Assembly: GCA_034520565.1 (NCBI GenBank)
Contig: JAXHNL010000002.1
Span: 256,001 to 320,000, forward strand
DNA length: 64,000 nt
Origin: Halodesulfurarchaeum sp.
Lineage (GTDB): Archaea; Halobacteriota; Halobacteria; Halobacteriales; Halobacteriaceae
Direction: 5' to 3'
Shown: positions 11,164 to 20,342 of the stretch, piece after piece
Layout: each line of letters starts with the position of its first letter
Position numbering within the stretch: the stretch's first letter is position 1
Notes under the pieces: model-generated
The model's database searches: none
What the model was told of the DNA's origin: nothing
What the model saw: the letters and a program-made list of their open reading frames with translations, nothing else
Program-made: the position numbers and the translations under genes

Positions 11164-13386
11164 TCAGTCCGTAGTGGTGTAACGACGAGTGTATCCGAAC
11201 GGTTCGTAGTTGGCTCCACCGCCTTCATAAAACTTCCCAAAGAACTCGACGTATTCCAGGCGCACAGCCTGTAAGCCGGCACTTGTAATACCAAGGGCCA
11301 ACACGAGAAGGTGCCCGACGAAGAGCACGAGCACCCCGCCGAGCCAGCCGAGCGGGCCCATATTGATGAGCCCCCCGAAGAGCACTGTCGCCCCTTCCGG
11401 CGCGTGTGCGTGGCCCCCAATCACGAGGAAGTGAAACAGGCCCGCCGGGTCCTGGTAGGCGCCGAAAAAGAGCAGGTTGACCACGAAGGCCATCCCCGCC
11501 TTCGCCAGCAGGACCGCGGCGATCCGGGTGTACGAGAGCACGTTCACGAGGACGTTGAGACTCTCGAGGAGCCCGAGTGCCCCTTCGCCGAGAACCAGCA
11601 GGCCGAGGCCGGCCCCCGCGAGGACAAGCCCCGCGAGGCCAACGGCCTCCGGAAACCCACCGAAGCCGAGCGAGAAAGCCACCTGGTCGGCGGCGATCGT
11701 CGACCCCGTCGGGATCGTCGCTTCCGCCCGGTTGAACACCGTGAACAGCAAGTCCGGTTTCGCCGCGGCCGCGTGGGTACTGAAGATCCACAGCCAGATG
11801 CCCCCCATCAGCACGATCCACGAGCCCTTCTCGAGGAAGGCGTCTTTCACGCCGTGTGAGAGCAGGTTGAGGAACCCGAAGACGTACCCCGCGGTCAGGT
11901 GGAGGAGCCCCACGAACAGGGTCATGAACAGCCAGGCCTGTGCGTACGCGAGGAAGTTCGGCTGGAGACCCTTGTGGAGCGGCGGATGACCGCCCCAGAG
12001 GACGTCACCGAGCCCGTGCAGGCCAAATATCTCCCCGTAGAGCACGCCGAAAAGGATCGTAAAGGCGCCAGCCCAGGCGGCGATCCCGCCGAGGCTCTTG
12101 AGCCCGTCACTCTCGACGCGGGTGACGATCAGATAGCCGATGGCGGCATACAGGATGCCATAGCCAACGTCCCCGATCATGAAGCCGAACATGAGCGGGA
12201 ACGTGAGCAGGATCGCGATCGTGGGATCGAGTTCCCAGTAGGTCGGGCGGTTGATCGCCTTGACCAGCACCTCGAACGGTTTCGCGATCGCCGGGTTGTC
12301 GAGGACGACCGGCGGCGTGTCACCCGATTCGAGTTCGACGTTCCCGCCGTCGGCGGCCACCGCTTCGTCGCCTGTGGCCGCCTCCGCTGTCGCCTCCGGG
12401 TCCGAAGCGTCTGCCTCGCCATCGCCTCCTTCCCCGTGATCCGCGTGGGACGGCGCGTATTCGCCGTGCTCGGCCACTTCGAGCTGGTCAACCGCGACGT
12501 GCCCGTCGGCGGCCTCCGTGACTGCCGATTCGAAGGTCCCGTAATCCTCGGCGGGGATCCAGCCCTCGGCCACGAAGGCGTGGTCCGTCGTCGCGAAGCG
12601 AAGCGGCGCTTCCCGTTTCTGGACGTCGATACTGAGGGCCTCCTCGACCGCCAGCAGGAAGTCACCGTGTTCCGCTCGGGCGGTGGCCAGTTCCTCGTCG
12701 ATGGTCTCGAGTTCGGCCTGCAGCTCGTCGCGTTTCTCGCGGAGCTCCTCCGTCAGCGCTTCGGGAGTGCCCTCGCCCTCGGGGACGTCGTACTCGGTGA
12801 ACTCGACCCCGACCAAAGCGTCTTCGACCGCGGCCGTCGCCGGGTAGACGAACGCGGCGAGTACGTCCTCGCCGGTAAAGACCTCGAACGCTTCGACGTC
12901 CGCGGCCGCGTCGAGGGCGTCCCGGACGCCGTCAGTGTCGCCGAGGCCGACGGTCACCGAGAGGTTCTCGTAGCCGCGAAGTAAGTCGAGATCGATATCG
13001 AGGTCGACGTACGGGCGCACGTCGCTCAGTTCGTCCTCGACGGTGGCCAGTTCGCTCCGCACGGCCGACCGACGGTCGTCGAGATCGGTGACCTCGGCCC
13101 GGATCGAGTCGAGTCGGTCCGGAATCGTCTCGCGGTCGAGGATCCGGGGTTCCTCGACGTCCACGTCACCGATCTCCAGCATCGACTCGAGGGAGCGAAC
13201 GGTCACGAGTCGGTCCGCCGCCGATTCGGCCCCGGAAAGCGGGCTTCCCGTCTCGAAGCCCTCGATCTGGCCCGCGTATTCCGAGAGGTGAACGAGGTCG
13301 AGGTCGTGGATGGCTTCGATGACCGGCTTGATGACCCGATTCGAGCCCGTCACCGAGATTTTGCTCATTCGCTCAGGTCTGAGCAT
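11164..13386 (-). CDS. atpI: A-type ATP synthase subunit I (a)
   Basis: Start MLRPERMS at 13386; ELDPT, FGFMIGDVGYG, SYTRIAA, RLEYVEFFGKFYEGGG. Confidence 0.96.
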   Translation of the reverse strand: MLRPERMSKISVTGSNRVIKPVIEAIHDLDLVHLSEYAGQIEGFETGSPLSGAESAADRLVTVRSLESMLEIGDVDVEEPRILDRETIPDRLDSIRAEVTDLDDRRSAVRSELATVEDELSDVRPYVDLDIDLDLLRGYENLSVTVGLGDTDGVRDALDAAADVEAFEVFTGEDVLAAFVYPATAAVEDALVGVEFTEYDVPEGEGTPEALTEELREKRDELQAELETIDEELATARAEHGDFLLAVEEALSIDVQKREAPLRFATTDHAFVAEGWIPAEDYGTFESAVTEAADGHVAVDQLEVAEHGEYAPSHADHGEGGDGEADASDPEATAEAATGDEAVAADGGNVELESGDTPPVVLDNPAIAKPFEVLVKAINRPTYWELDPTIAILLTFPLMFGFMIGDVGYGILYAAIGYLIVTRVESDGLKSLGGIAAWAGAFTILFGVLYGEIFGLHGLGDVLWGGHPPLHKGLQPNFLAYAQAWLFMTLFVGLLHLTAGYVFGFLNLLSHGVKDAFLEKGSWIVLMGGIWLWIFSTHAAAAKPDLLFTVFNRAEATIPTGSTIAADQVAFSLGFGGFPEAVGLAGLVLAGAGLGLLVLGEGALGLLESLNVLVNVLSYTRIAAVLLAKAGMAFVVNLLFFGAYQDPAGLFHFLVIGGHAHAPEGATVLFGGLINMGPLGWLGGVLVLFVGHLLVLALGITSAGLQAVRLEYVEFFGKFYEGGGANYEPFGYTRRYTTTD

Positions 13387-13705
13387 GCACCGCCTCCGTG
13401 AACCGTTCGAGGGCGAGTTCGACCGCATCGTCGATCCGCGATTCGGCCTGTGCTGTGAGAGCGTCCCGCTCCTCGCGGCCGTCCTCGAGAATAGCCTCGC
13501 GCTCGGCTTCGATCTCCTCGCGGGCGGCTTCGAGTCGTTCCTCCCGGTGGGCCCGGGCCTCGGATTCGGCCTCGTCGACGATCTCCTCGGCCTCGGACCG
13601 TGCCTCGGCGACGATCTCTTCGGCCTCCTCCCGTGCGGCCGCGACCCTGGAATCGGCCGCCGACTCGGCCTCTTTGATGGTTTCGAGAACCTCTGGTCTC
13701 GGCAT
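13373..13705 (-). CDS. atpH: A-type ATP synthase subunit H
   Basis: MPRPEVLETIKEAE, Ala/Glu-rich coiled coil; first gene of the operon. Confidence 0.93.
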   Translation of the reverse strand: MPRPEVLETIKEAESAADSRVAAAREEAEEIVAEARSEAEEIVDEAESEARAHREERLEAAREEIEAEREAILEDGREERDALTAQAESRIDDAVELALERFTEAVHAQT

Positions 13706-13825
13706 TCTGGTTTCTGGATTTGGTTTCTCAGAGCCCGTATTTGGGCGTTGCGAAAACAGTCGTCCGGTCAGGAGCCCGATTCCGGAAAGGAAGCGCTAAA
13801 GGGCGGCAGTACCCAACTGCGGACA

Positions 13826-14449
13826 ATGGGCGTCCTGGAGGACAAATCACGAGCGCGACTCTTCTACAAGTACCTCTCGAAGGTGTACGACCGGGTCAAC
13901 GCCTACGTCTTCACGGAGCCGATGCGCGAGGACGCGATCGACCACCTCGAACTCGAGGCGGGTGACCGGGTGCTCGACGTGGGCTGTGGCACCGGTTTCG
14001 GGACCGAGGGGCTGAAGGGCCGCACCGACGAGATCCTCGGCCTCGACCAGAGCCCACATCAGATGGCCAAGGCCCGGGAGCGCCTGGACGAGACGGCGTT
14101 GCTGGGGTTCACCATGGGCGATGCGGAGCGGCTCCCGATCAAGACGAACGCCTTCGACGCCGCGTGGTCCTCCGGATCGATCGAGTACTGGCCGAATCCG
14201 GTCGACGGATTGGCCGAGATGCGCCGGGTCGTCAAGCCCGGCGGACGCGTGGTCGTCGTCGGTCCGTACTATCCCGATTCGTGGCTTGGCCGGAAGATCG
14301 TCGACGCCATCATGCTCTTTTACGACGAGGCGGAGGCCGACCAAATGTTCCGGGAGGCCGGGTACGATGAGTTCCACCACGAGGTCGTCGGCTCGCAGTA
14401 CAAGTCGGATCTCGCCATCGTCTCGGTCGGCGTCGTCCCCGAGGAGTGA
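13826..14449 (+). CDS. Class I SAM-dependent methyltransferase (UbiE / MPBQ-MSBQ methyltransferase-like)
   Basis: ATG 13826; VLDVGCGTG, LDQSPHQM, GDAERLP, SSGSIEYWPNP. Confidence 0.88.
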   Translation: MGVLEDKSRARLFYKYLSKVYDRVNAYVFTEPMREDAIDHLELEAGDRVLDVGCGTGFGTEGLKGRTDEILGLDQSPHQMAKARERLDETALLGFTMGDAERLPIKTNAFDAAWSSGSIEYWPNPVDGLAEMRRVVKPGGRVVVVGPYYPDSWLGRKIVDAIMLFYDEAEADQMFREAGYDEFHHEVVGSQYKSDLAIVSVGVVPEE

Positions 14450-14552
14450 TCGGCCAGGGAGACGCCGCAGACCGCAACGATCACAACCCACGGGCGACAC
14501 AACTGGTGCTACTCAGTGGGGCGCTCGCCGATTCGGTTCCGGATCCGGGCCG

Positions 14553-15047
14553 TCAGGGACCACCCCCAGAGACGGTGGCGCTGGCCTGAGCGATCGGACG
14601 ACCGTCCCGAAGCACCTCGACAGTCACCTCGTCACCGGTCCGGGGAACCGGATCGTTCGAGTCGCTGATCGCAAACGAGGCCGTCTCACCGACCGTCCAC
14701 TCGGGGTCCGAGGCGGAGTTGAATGGGCCCGTCGGGCCCGCTTCGAACCCGGTCGTGGAGAAAAACGGGACCGGTGGCTGATTTTCGAGCGGAGTCCCGT
14801 CGACGGCGACCGAGACGGTGACTTCGCTCACGTCGATCGAATCGCCGGCCTCGTGGGTGAGGATCACCTCTCCGTCGGGGCCGGCCTCGACCGAGAGGCG
14901 GGTGAATTCCGCCAAATCGTCGCCCCCGGTCCCGACCGGCCCACCGAGAGCGGCGGTCCCGACGGTGGTGACGAGAATGGCCGCGAGCGCGACGGTAATC
15001 GTTGCGAGCAGGAGCGTGCCGAAGACGGGAGTGATGGCGCGGGTCAC
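14553..15047 (-). CDS. Archaeal type IV pilin-like protein (class III signal peptide)
   Basis: MTRA|ITPVFGTLLLATITVALAAIL: short basic leader, PibD-type cleavage site and hydrophobic helix; HEAGDSID motif. Confidence 0.85.
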   Translation of the reverse strand: MTRAITPVFGTLLLATITVALAAILVTTVGTAALGGPVGTGGDDLAEFTRLSVEAGPDGEVILTHEAGDSIDVSEVTVSVAVDGTPLENQPPVPFFSTTGFEAGPTGPFNSASDPEWTVGETASFAISDSNDPVPRTGDEVTVEVLRDGRPIAQASATVSGGGP

Positions 15048-15112
15048 GCGGCGAGTTGGCCCGACCTTCCCGGATAAACCTCCGCCCTCACGCGACCTCC
15101 CGGCGGGCCGCC

Positions 15113-16321
15113 CTATTCGGGATTCACTTCCAGTTCGAGCGAGCCCGCGGCCGTTTCGGCGGTGACGGTGAACGACTCGGCGGGTGTCAGCAGCCAGATG
15201 GGCCCGTTCTCCGTAGATCCCACCACCGACCCGTTCGCGCTGACAGTGGCCGAAATCGGGGCCCCGGTCTCGTTCACGACCTGAACGCGGAGCGGGGCGC
15301 CAGCTCTCGCATTCGATATCTGGAGGGTGGTATTGTCGATGGTCGTCGACTGCCCGTCGACCACCGGCAGACTCGAGAGGGACTTCTCCTGGACCTCGCG
15401 ATAGACGTTGCCCGAGGAGGTATCGAGAAGGCTGTTCAGGACACCGTGCCCGTGGGAGAGCTGGAAGCGGAAGACGTCCTGGCCGACCGTGTTGATGCTC
15501 ACGTCGCCCTTGTGCTCCCAGGCCCAGGGATAGAGTTCCGCGATCCGACTCTGGGCCGCATCGAGGTCGACGCCACCGACCGCGTCGTCGCGGGCGTCCG
15601 TGCGCATGATCTCCCGGACGTACGTCCCATCGCGGATCGCCGAGAGCGCCATCCCGTCCGCGGAGACGGCAACGAAGATGTCGCCGGTTCCGTCCCCGCC
15701 AGTGACCGCCGTGCCCGCCTCCTCGGCGAGCGGGCCGGTGTATCGGACGGTATCGGTCTGGGCTGCCGCGAGACGGTCCTCCAGGCCGGGGTGTCCGTCG
15801 GCGAGTCCCTCGTAGGCGTCGATCGTCCGTTCGATGGCCCGGGCTTCGCGATTGACCTCGCCGACCGTCGCGAGGTACTCGTCGGGACCGATTTCGCCGT
15901 CACGGAGGCGCTCGCGGGCCGCCCGCTCGCGTTCGGCGAGCGCGTCGACCCGGGTTTCGGTTCTGTCGACGGCCGCGGACAGGAGTGCTTCGGCGTCGGT
16001 GACGGGCTGGGCGAGCCGGTTCTCGACCGCCCGCCGATCGAGTTCCGACTCGACGGCACCCGTTTCGGCCTGCAACGCGTTCGTCACGGAAACGGAACCG
16101 GTCCCGGTCCCGCTCTTTGCGACGGCGTCGAGTTCGAGCATCCGTGTCGTGTTCGGCCCGATCTCGGCGGGCTGGAAGCGCAGCGGGTCCGTATCGGTCG
16201 TCTGAACCGTCGATGTGCCCATCCCACTCGCCGCGGCCGGCGTGCCCGCTCCCAGCGCGAGTCCGACTCCCAAAACGAGGAGGACGAGGACCGGGAGGAC
16301 CGTTCGGAGCGGGTGGGTCAT
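15113..16321 (-). CDS. Secreted haloarchaeal protein with a coiled-coil middle region, function unknown
   Basis: ATG 16321 MTHPLRTVLPVLVLLVLGVG signal peptide; acidic helical region; YPW motif. Confidence 0.75.
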   Translation of the reverse strand: MTHPLRTVLPVLVLLVLGVGLALGAGTPAAASGMGTSTVQTTDTDPLRFQPAEIGPNTTRMLELDAVAKSGTGTGSVSVTNALQAETGAVESELDRRAVENRLAQPVTDAEALLSAAVDRTETRVDALAERERAARERLRDGEIGPDEYLATVGEVNREARAIERTIDAYEGLADGHPGLEDRLAAAQTDTVRYTGPLAEEAGTAVTGGDGTGDIFVAVSADGMALSAIRDGTYVREIMRTDARDDAVGGVDLDAAQSRIAELYPWAWEHKGDVSINTVGQDVFRFQLSHGHGVLNSLLDTSSGNVYREVQEKSLSSLPVVDGQSTTIDNTTLQISNARAGAPLRVQVVNETGAPISATVSANGSVVGSTENGPIWLLTPAESFTVTAETAAGSLELEVNPE

Positions 16322-16496
16322 GTCCCTTGATTCGATGCCCCTGCTCAAAAACGATGCGGAGACTCCGGCCGCGCTTTGATCCTTCCACGTGAAACAGTCC
16401 CACCGCTCACCTGGCGAAAACCGACAGGGGGCGGAACGCCAATCGCCATCGAACCAATGGAAAGGACTTTGAGCGTCGGCAAGCCACAATGTACCA

Positions 16497-17564
16497 ATGC
16501 GACGGGCTGCCCTCCTCGCGATATTAGCCCTCATCGTGGTTTCCCTCGTGGCCACAGCGCCGGTCGCGGCGACGCCGACACACGAGAAAACCTCCTTCGA
16601 GATCGACATCCAGGAGGACGGCGACGCCGTCTGGACGGTCTCGACGAGCTATCGCCTCGAGAACGAGTCGGACCTGGCCGCCTTCGAGCAGCTGCGGGCC
16701 GAGCACGAGTCCGGGGTCGACTCCACTCCCGATCCGGACCTCTTCCGGACCGCGGCCGACCAGGTCGCCGCCGAAACCGGTCGGTCGATGCAGATTCGAG
16801 ACGTGAACCTGAGCGGCACGGTGACCGATCGGGGGAACGTCTCCGTCGGCGTCCTCAGACTCTCCTTTACCTGGACGAACTTCGCCGTCGTCACCGAGGA
16901 CCAGGTGTCAGTCGAGGCGGCCTTCGCTGGCGGGTGGTTCGGTGACCTGGCAGAAAACCAGACGCTCCTGATCCAGCCGCCGCCCGATTACCGATTCCTC
17001 CGGGCGAACCCGTCGACGGACATCGTGGACGGCGGGCTGCAGTGGGATGGTCCACAGACCTTCGGAGCGGACGAACCGACCGTCGTTTTCGAGGCGTTCG
17101 AGCCGGCCGCGGGGCTGCTCGACCTGCTCTCGCCGATGGTCGCCGGGATCGGAGCGGCGATCCTCGGAATCGCGCTCCTGATCGGCTGGCGACGTGGCTA
17201 CCTCGGCCAGCCCGTGGAGGCGGACGAAGCGAGGTCGGGTCCCGGCGACGGGGACCCGTCTGCCGCTTTACCGTCAGGTAAAGGGGAATCGGGAGCGCTC
17301 GACGGGGAACCCGTCGAGGCGACCGGAGCCGCCTCCGCCGCACCTGACGTCGATACCGACCTGCTGAGCGACGAGGAGCGCGTCGAGCACCTCCTCCGGG
17401 AACACGACGGGCGAATGAAACAGGCCCGGATCGTCGAGGAGACTCGATGGTCCAACGCCAAGGTCTCCCAACTGCTCTCCTCGATGGCCGAGGCAGGCCG
17501 GATCGAGAAACTTCGCATCGGACGGGAAAACCTCATCTCCCTGCCCGAGGAGACGGAGGAATAG
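16497..17564 (+). CDS. Membrane-anchored protein with an extracellular domain and a C-terminal winged HTH
   Basis: Signal peptide, beta-rich ectodomain, one TM helix (IGAAILGIALLIGW), C-terminal LSDEERV...MKQARIVEETRWSNAKVSQLL wHTH. Confidence 0.82.
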   Translation: MRRAALLAILALIVVSLVATAPVAATPTHEKTSFEIDIQEDGDAVWTVSTSYRLENESDLAAFEQLRAEHESGVDSTPDPDLFRTAADQVAAETGRSMQIRDVNLSGTVTDRGNVSVGVLRLSFTWTNFAVVTEDQVSVEAAFAGGWFGDLAENQTLLIQPPPDYRFLRANPSTDIVDGGLQWDGPQTFGADEPTVVFEAFEPAAGLLDLLSPMVAGIGAAILGIALLIGWRRGYLGQPVEADEARSGPGDGDPSAALPSGKGESGALDGEPVEATGAASAAPDVDTDLLSDEERVEHLLREHDGRMKQARIVEETRWSNAKVSQLLSSMAEAGRIEKLRIGRENLISLPEETEE

Positions 17565-17610
17565 GCGGATTTCGCAAGGATTTAGCGCGGATGGCGGGTA
17601 GCCCAAGTCG

Positions 17611-18405
17611 ATGAAGATTCTGGTCACCTTCGCCGAGGTGGCAGCCGTCGCCGACAACTTCGAGATCGAGGACGGGGCCGTCGACGAGCGGTTCCTGGAG
17701 TACGACCAAAACGAGTGGGACGAGTACGCCCTCGAGGAGGCCGTTTCGCTCCGCGAGGCGGGGGTCGCCGACGAGGTCGTCCTCGTGACCATCGGTCCCG
17801 AACGTGCCGTGGACACGATCCGGATGGGACTCGCGAAGGGGGCCGACCGGGCGATCAGGATCTGGGACGAGTCTCTCGCCGACGGGGCTTTGGTTGACGT
17901 CTCCTCGCGGGCCGCCCTGCTGGCCCCGGTCATCGAGGAGGAGGATCCGACCCTCGTGCTCTCGGGCGTCCAGGCAGCCGACGACGGCTACGGGACGACG
18001 GGAGTGACCCTGGCGCGCAGACTGGAATACCAGTGGGCCGCCGTCGTCAACGAACTCTCGCTCGACCCGGAGGACAGCACGGCCCGCGTCCGTCGGGAAC
18101 TCGAGGGTGGGATCGAGGAGGTGACCGTGCTCGACCTCCCGGCGGTGCTGACGATCCAGACCGGGATCAACGATCCACGCTACGCCAGCCTCCGCGGCCT
18201 CCAGGAGGCTCAGACCCAGGAGATCGACGTGCGCACGCCCGCGGATCTCGGTGTGCGTGACAGCGAGCTCGAGTCCGCCCTGGAACTGGGTGACTTCGCC
18301 GAGCCCGAATCCAAGACCGACACCGAGTACGTCGAGGGCGACCCGGCAGAACAGGCCACGGCGATCGGGGATCTGTTGGTGGAACAGGGGGTGATCGAGG
18401 AATGA
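17611..18405 (+). CDS. etfB: Electron transfer flavoprotein beta subunit
   Basis: NEWDEYALEEA, GADRA, GVQAADDG, INDPRYASL. Confidence 0.95.
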   Translation: MKILVTFAEVAAVADNFEIEDGAVDERFLEYDQNEWDEYALEEAVSLREAGVADEVVLVTIGPERAVDTIRMGLAKGADRAIRIWDESLADGALVDVSSRAALLAPVIEEEDPTLVLSGVQAADDGYGTTGVTLARRLEYQWAAVVNELSLDPEDSTARVRRELEGGIEEVTVLDLPAVLTIQTGINDPRYASLRGLQEAQTQEIDVRTPADLGVRDSELESALELGDFAEPESKTDTEYVEGDPAEQATAIGDLLVEQGVIEE

Positions 18406-19391
18406 GCGAGCCTGCAGAGGGGGACGAAACCGGACTGGGCGACGTCCTCGCGGTCGTCGAACACCGTCGTGGCGAACTCCGACCCGTGAGCCTCGAACTG
18501 CTCTCGGCCGGCAGCGAACTCGCAGCGGCGATGAATGGGGAGCTACACGTGGCCGTGATTGGGGGGAACGTGGAGAGTTTCGTCGACCGGCTCGACCGGA
18601 CGGGGGTCGACGCCATTCACACCGTCGCCGACGGCGCGGAGTTCGATCACGACGTCCTCGTCCAGACCGTCGACGCGCTCTGTGAGGCCCTCGACCCGAA
18701 CGTGTTGCTCACACCCCACACCGTCAACACGCTGGATTACGTGCCCGCAGTCGCCGTCGACCGGGACCTGCCACTGATCACCGACGTACACGCGGTGGGC
18801 ATCGAAGACGAACAGCTCGTGGCAACCCGCGGGTACTACGAGTCGAAGGTAACCGTCCCGGTCACCGCGAGGGAACTGCCCGTGGCGGTGACCATCCGCC
18901 CGGGGGAGTGGCCAGCCGCCGAAGGACACGGTCAGCCGGAGATCCGACCCTTCGAATTCGAGACGACGACGCCCGAACTCGACTCCACGGTCACGGGCTT
19001 CGAAGCGGCTACCGACGGTGACGTCGACGTGACGGCGGCCGACTTCCTCATCGGCATCGGCCGCGGAATCGGCGAACAGGAGAACCTCTCCGTCATCGAG
19101 GAACTGGCCCAGGCGACGGGGGCGACCATCGCAGCCTCCCGGCCGCTGGTCGACAAGGGCTGGTTCGAGACCGGACGACAGGTCGGCCAGTCCGGGAAAA
19201 CCGTCTCGCCGGACGTCTATCTCGCTATCGGCATTTCCGGGGCCGTCCAGCACGTCGCCGGGATCAAGGGGGCCGACACGATCATCGCCGTGAACACGGA
19301 CCCCAACGCGCCGATCTTCGACGTCGCCGACCAGGCGATCGTCGGGGACCTCTTCGAGGTAATTCCGGCACTCACCGATCGCGTGCGCTGA
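18402..19391 (+). CDS. etfA: Electron transfer flavoprotein alpha subunit
   Basis: ASRPLVD, QVGQSGKTV, GISGAVQHVAG, INTDPNAPIF-like FAD motifs. Confidence 0.96.
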   Translation: MSEPAEGDETGLGDVLAVVEHRRGELRPVSLELLSAGSELAAAMNGELHVAVIGGNVESFVDRLDRTGVDAIHTVADGAEFDHDVLVQTVDALCEALDPNVLLTPHTVNTLDYVPAVAVDRDLPLITDVHAVGIEDEQLVATRGYYESKVTVPVTARELPVAVTIRPGEWPAAEGHGQPEIRPFEFETTTPELDSTVTGFEAATDGDVDVTAADFLIGIGRGIGEQENLSVIEELAQATGATIAASRPLVDKGWFETGRQVGQSGKTVSPDVYLAIGISGAVQHVAGIKGADTIIAVNTDPNAPIFDVADQAIVGDLFEVIPALTDRVR

Positions 19392-19449
19392 GTGGGTTCC
19401 GGAGCCTGGCTCGCAATTCGTTTAAAGCGCCAGCGCAAACGTCCGGTAA

Positions 19450-20340
19450 ATGGAGTACGTCGAGACGCGCCGGGACGTCATCGAAAGCCGGCTCGACGAA
19501 GTCGTCTCGGCGGTCGAACCGGCCGAACTCGAGGCCGAACTGGCCCACGTCGTTCTCGCCGGCGGGAAGCGGGTGCGGCCGACGCTTACCCTGCTTTCCT
19601 GCGAGGCGGCCGGCGGCGCGGTCTGGCGGGACGGCAGCCCGAACGGGTCGGTCGGTCTCGGCCCGAACGGCGAGACCGCCCTCGACTTCGCGGTGGGAGT
19701 CGAACTCGTCCACAACGCCTCCCTCGTGATCGATGACATCATCGACCGCTCCGAACTCCGGCGGGGGAACGAGAGTGCCTGGGCCGCCTACGGTCACGGC
19801 CCCGCGATCGTCTCGAGCGACGGGTTGCTGGGCGAGGCCTTTGCCCTGTTTTCCGCCGATTCCCGCGCCCTCGAGTCGGTCTCGCGGGCCCTCGTCGAAC
19901 TGGGAGAAGGCGAGGCGGTCGAACTGGTCGACCAGCCCAGTTCCGAGGCCGAGTACATGGACCTGGCCCGCCGAAAAACGGGCGCACTCTTCCGGACCGC
20001 AGCCGAACTCGGCGCGATCGCGGCCGACGCCGACGCCGCGACGATCGACGCCTTCGGCGAGTACGCCGAGCGGGTCGGCATCGCCTTCCAGATCAGGGAC
20101 GACGTCCTCGACGCCGTCGCCGACGCCGAAGACCTCGGCAAGCCGACCGGTCACGACGACACGATGGACCGACCCTCCATCGTCAGGGTAACCGGCAAGG
20201 ACCCGGAGACGCTGACCGAACTGGCGCGTGCCGAGTCCGTAGCCGCACTCGCGGCACTCGATCGAGTGACGGACGGTGACCCCGAGGCGATCGGCTACCT
20301 CGAGGATCTCGCGGAGTTCGTCGTCGACCGGGACCGATAA
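19450..20340 (+). CDS. Polyprenyl diphosphate synthase (IdsA family)
   Basis: GGKRVRP, first Asp-rich motif DDIID..RRG, KTGALF, FQIRDDVLD. Confidence 0.93.
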   Translation: MEYVETRRDVIESRLDEVVSAVEPAELEAELAHVVLAGGKRVRPTLTLLSCEAAGGAVWRDGSPNGSVGLGPNGETALDFAVGVELVHNASLVIDDIIDRSELRRGNESAWAAYGHGPAIVSSDGLLGEAFALFSADSRALESVSRALVELGEGEAVELVDQPSSEAEYMDLARRKTGALFRTAAELGAIAADADAATIDAFGEYAERVGIAFQIRDDVLDAVADAEDLGKPTGHDDTMDRPSIVRVTGKDPETLTELARAESVAALAALDRVTDGDPEAIGYLEDLAEFVVDRDR

Positions 20341-20342
20341 AA

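Noticed and set aside
12320-12470. Acidic low-complexity insert in AtpI (and the similar linker in ChlID)
   Set aside because: Such acidic linkers, including the ADGG motif, are routine in haloarchaeal orthologs.
13310-13825. N-terminal extension of the methyltransferase in the ORF track (likewise for the KaiC-like protein, nadK, icd, asparaginase, cbiN, cbiO, cbiL and cbiH)
   Set aside because: The extensions overlap neighbouring genes; downstream ATG/GTG starts match family N-termini and stop/start overlaps.
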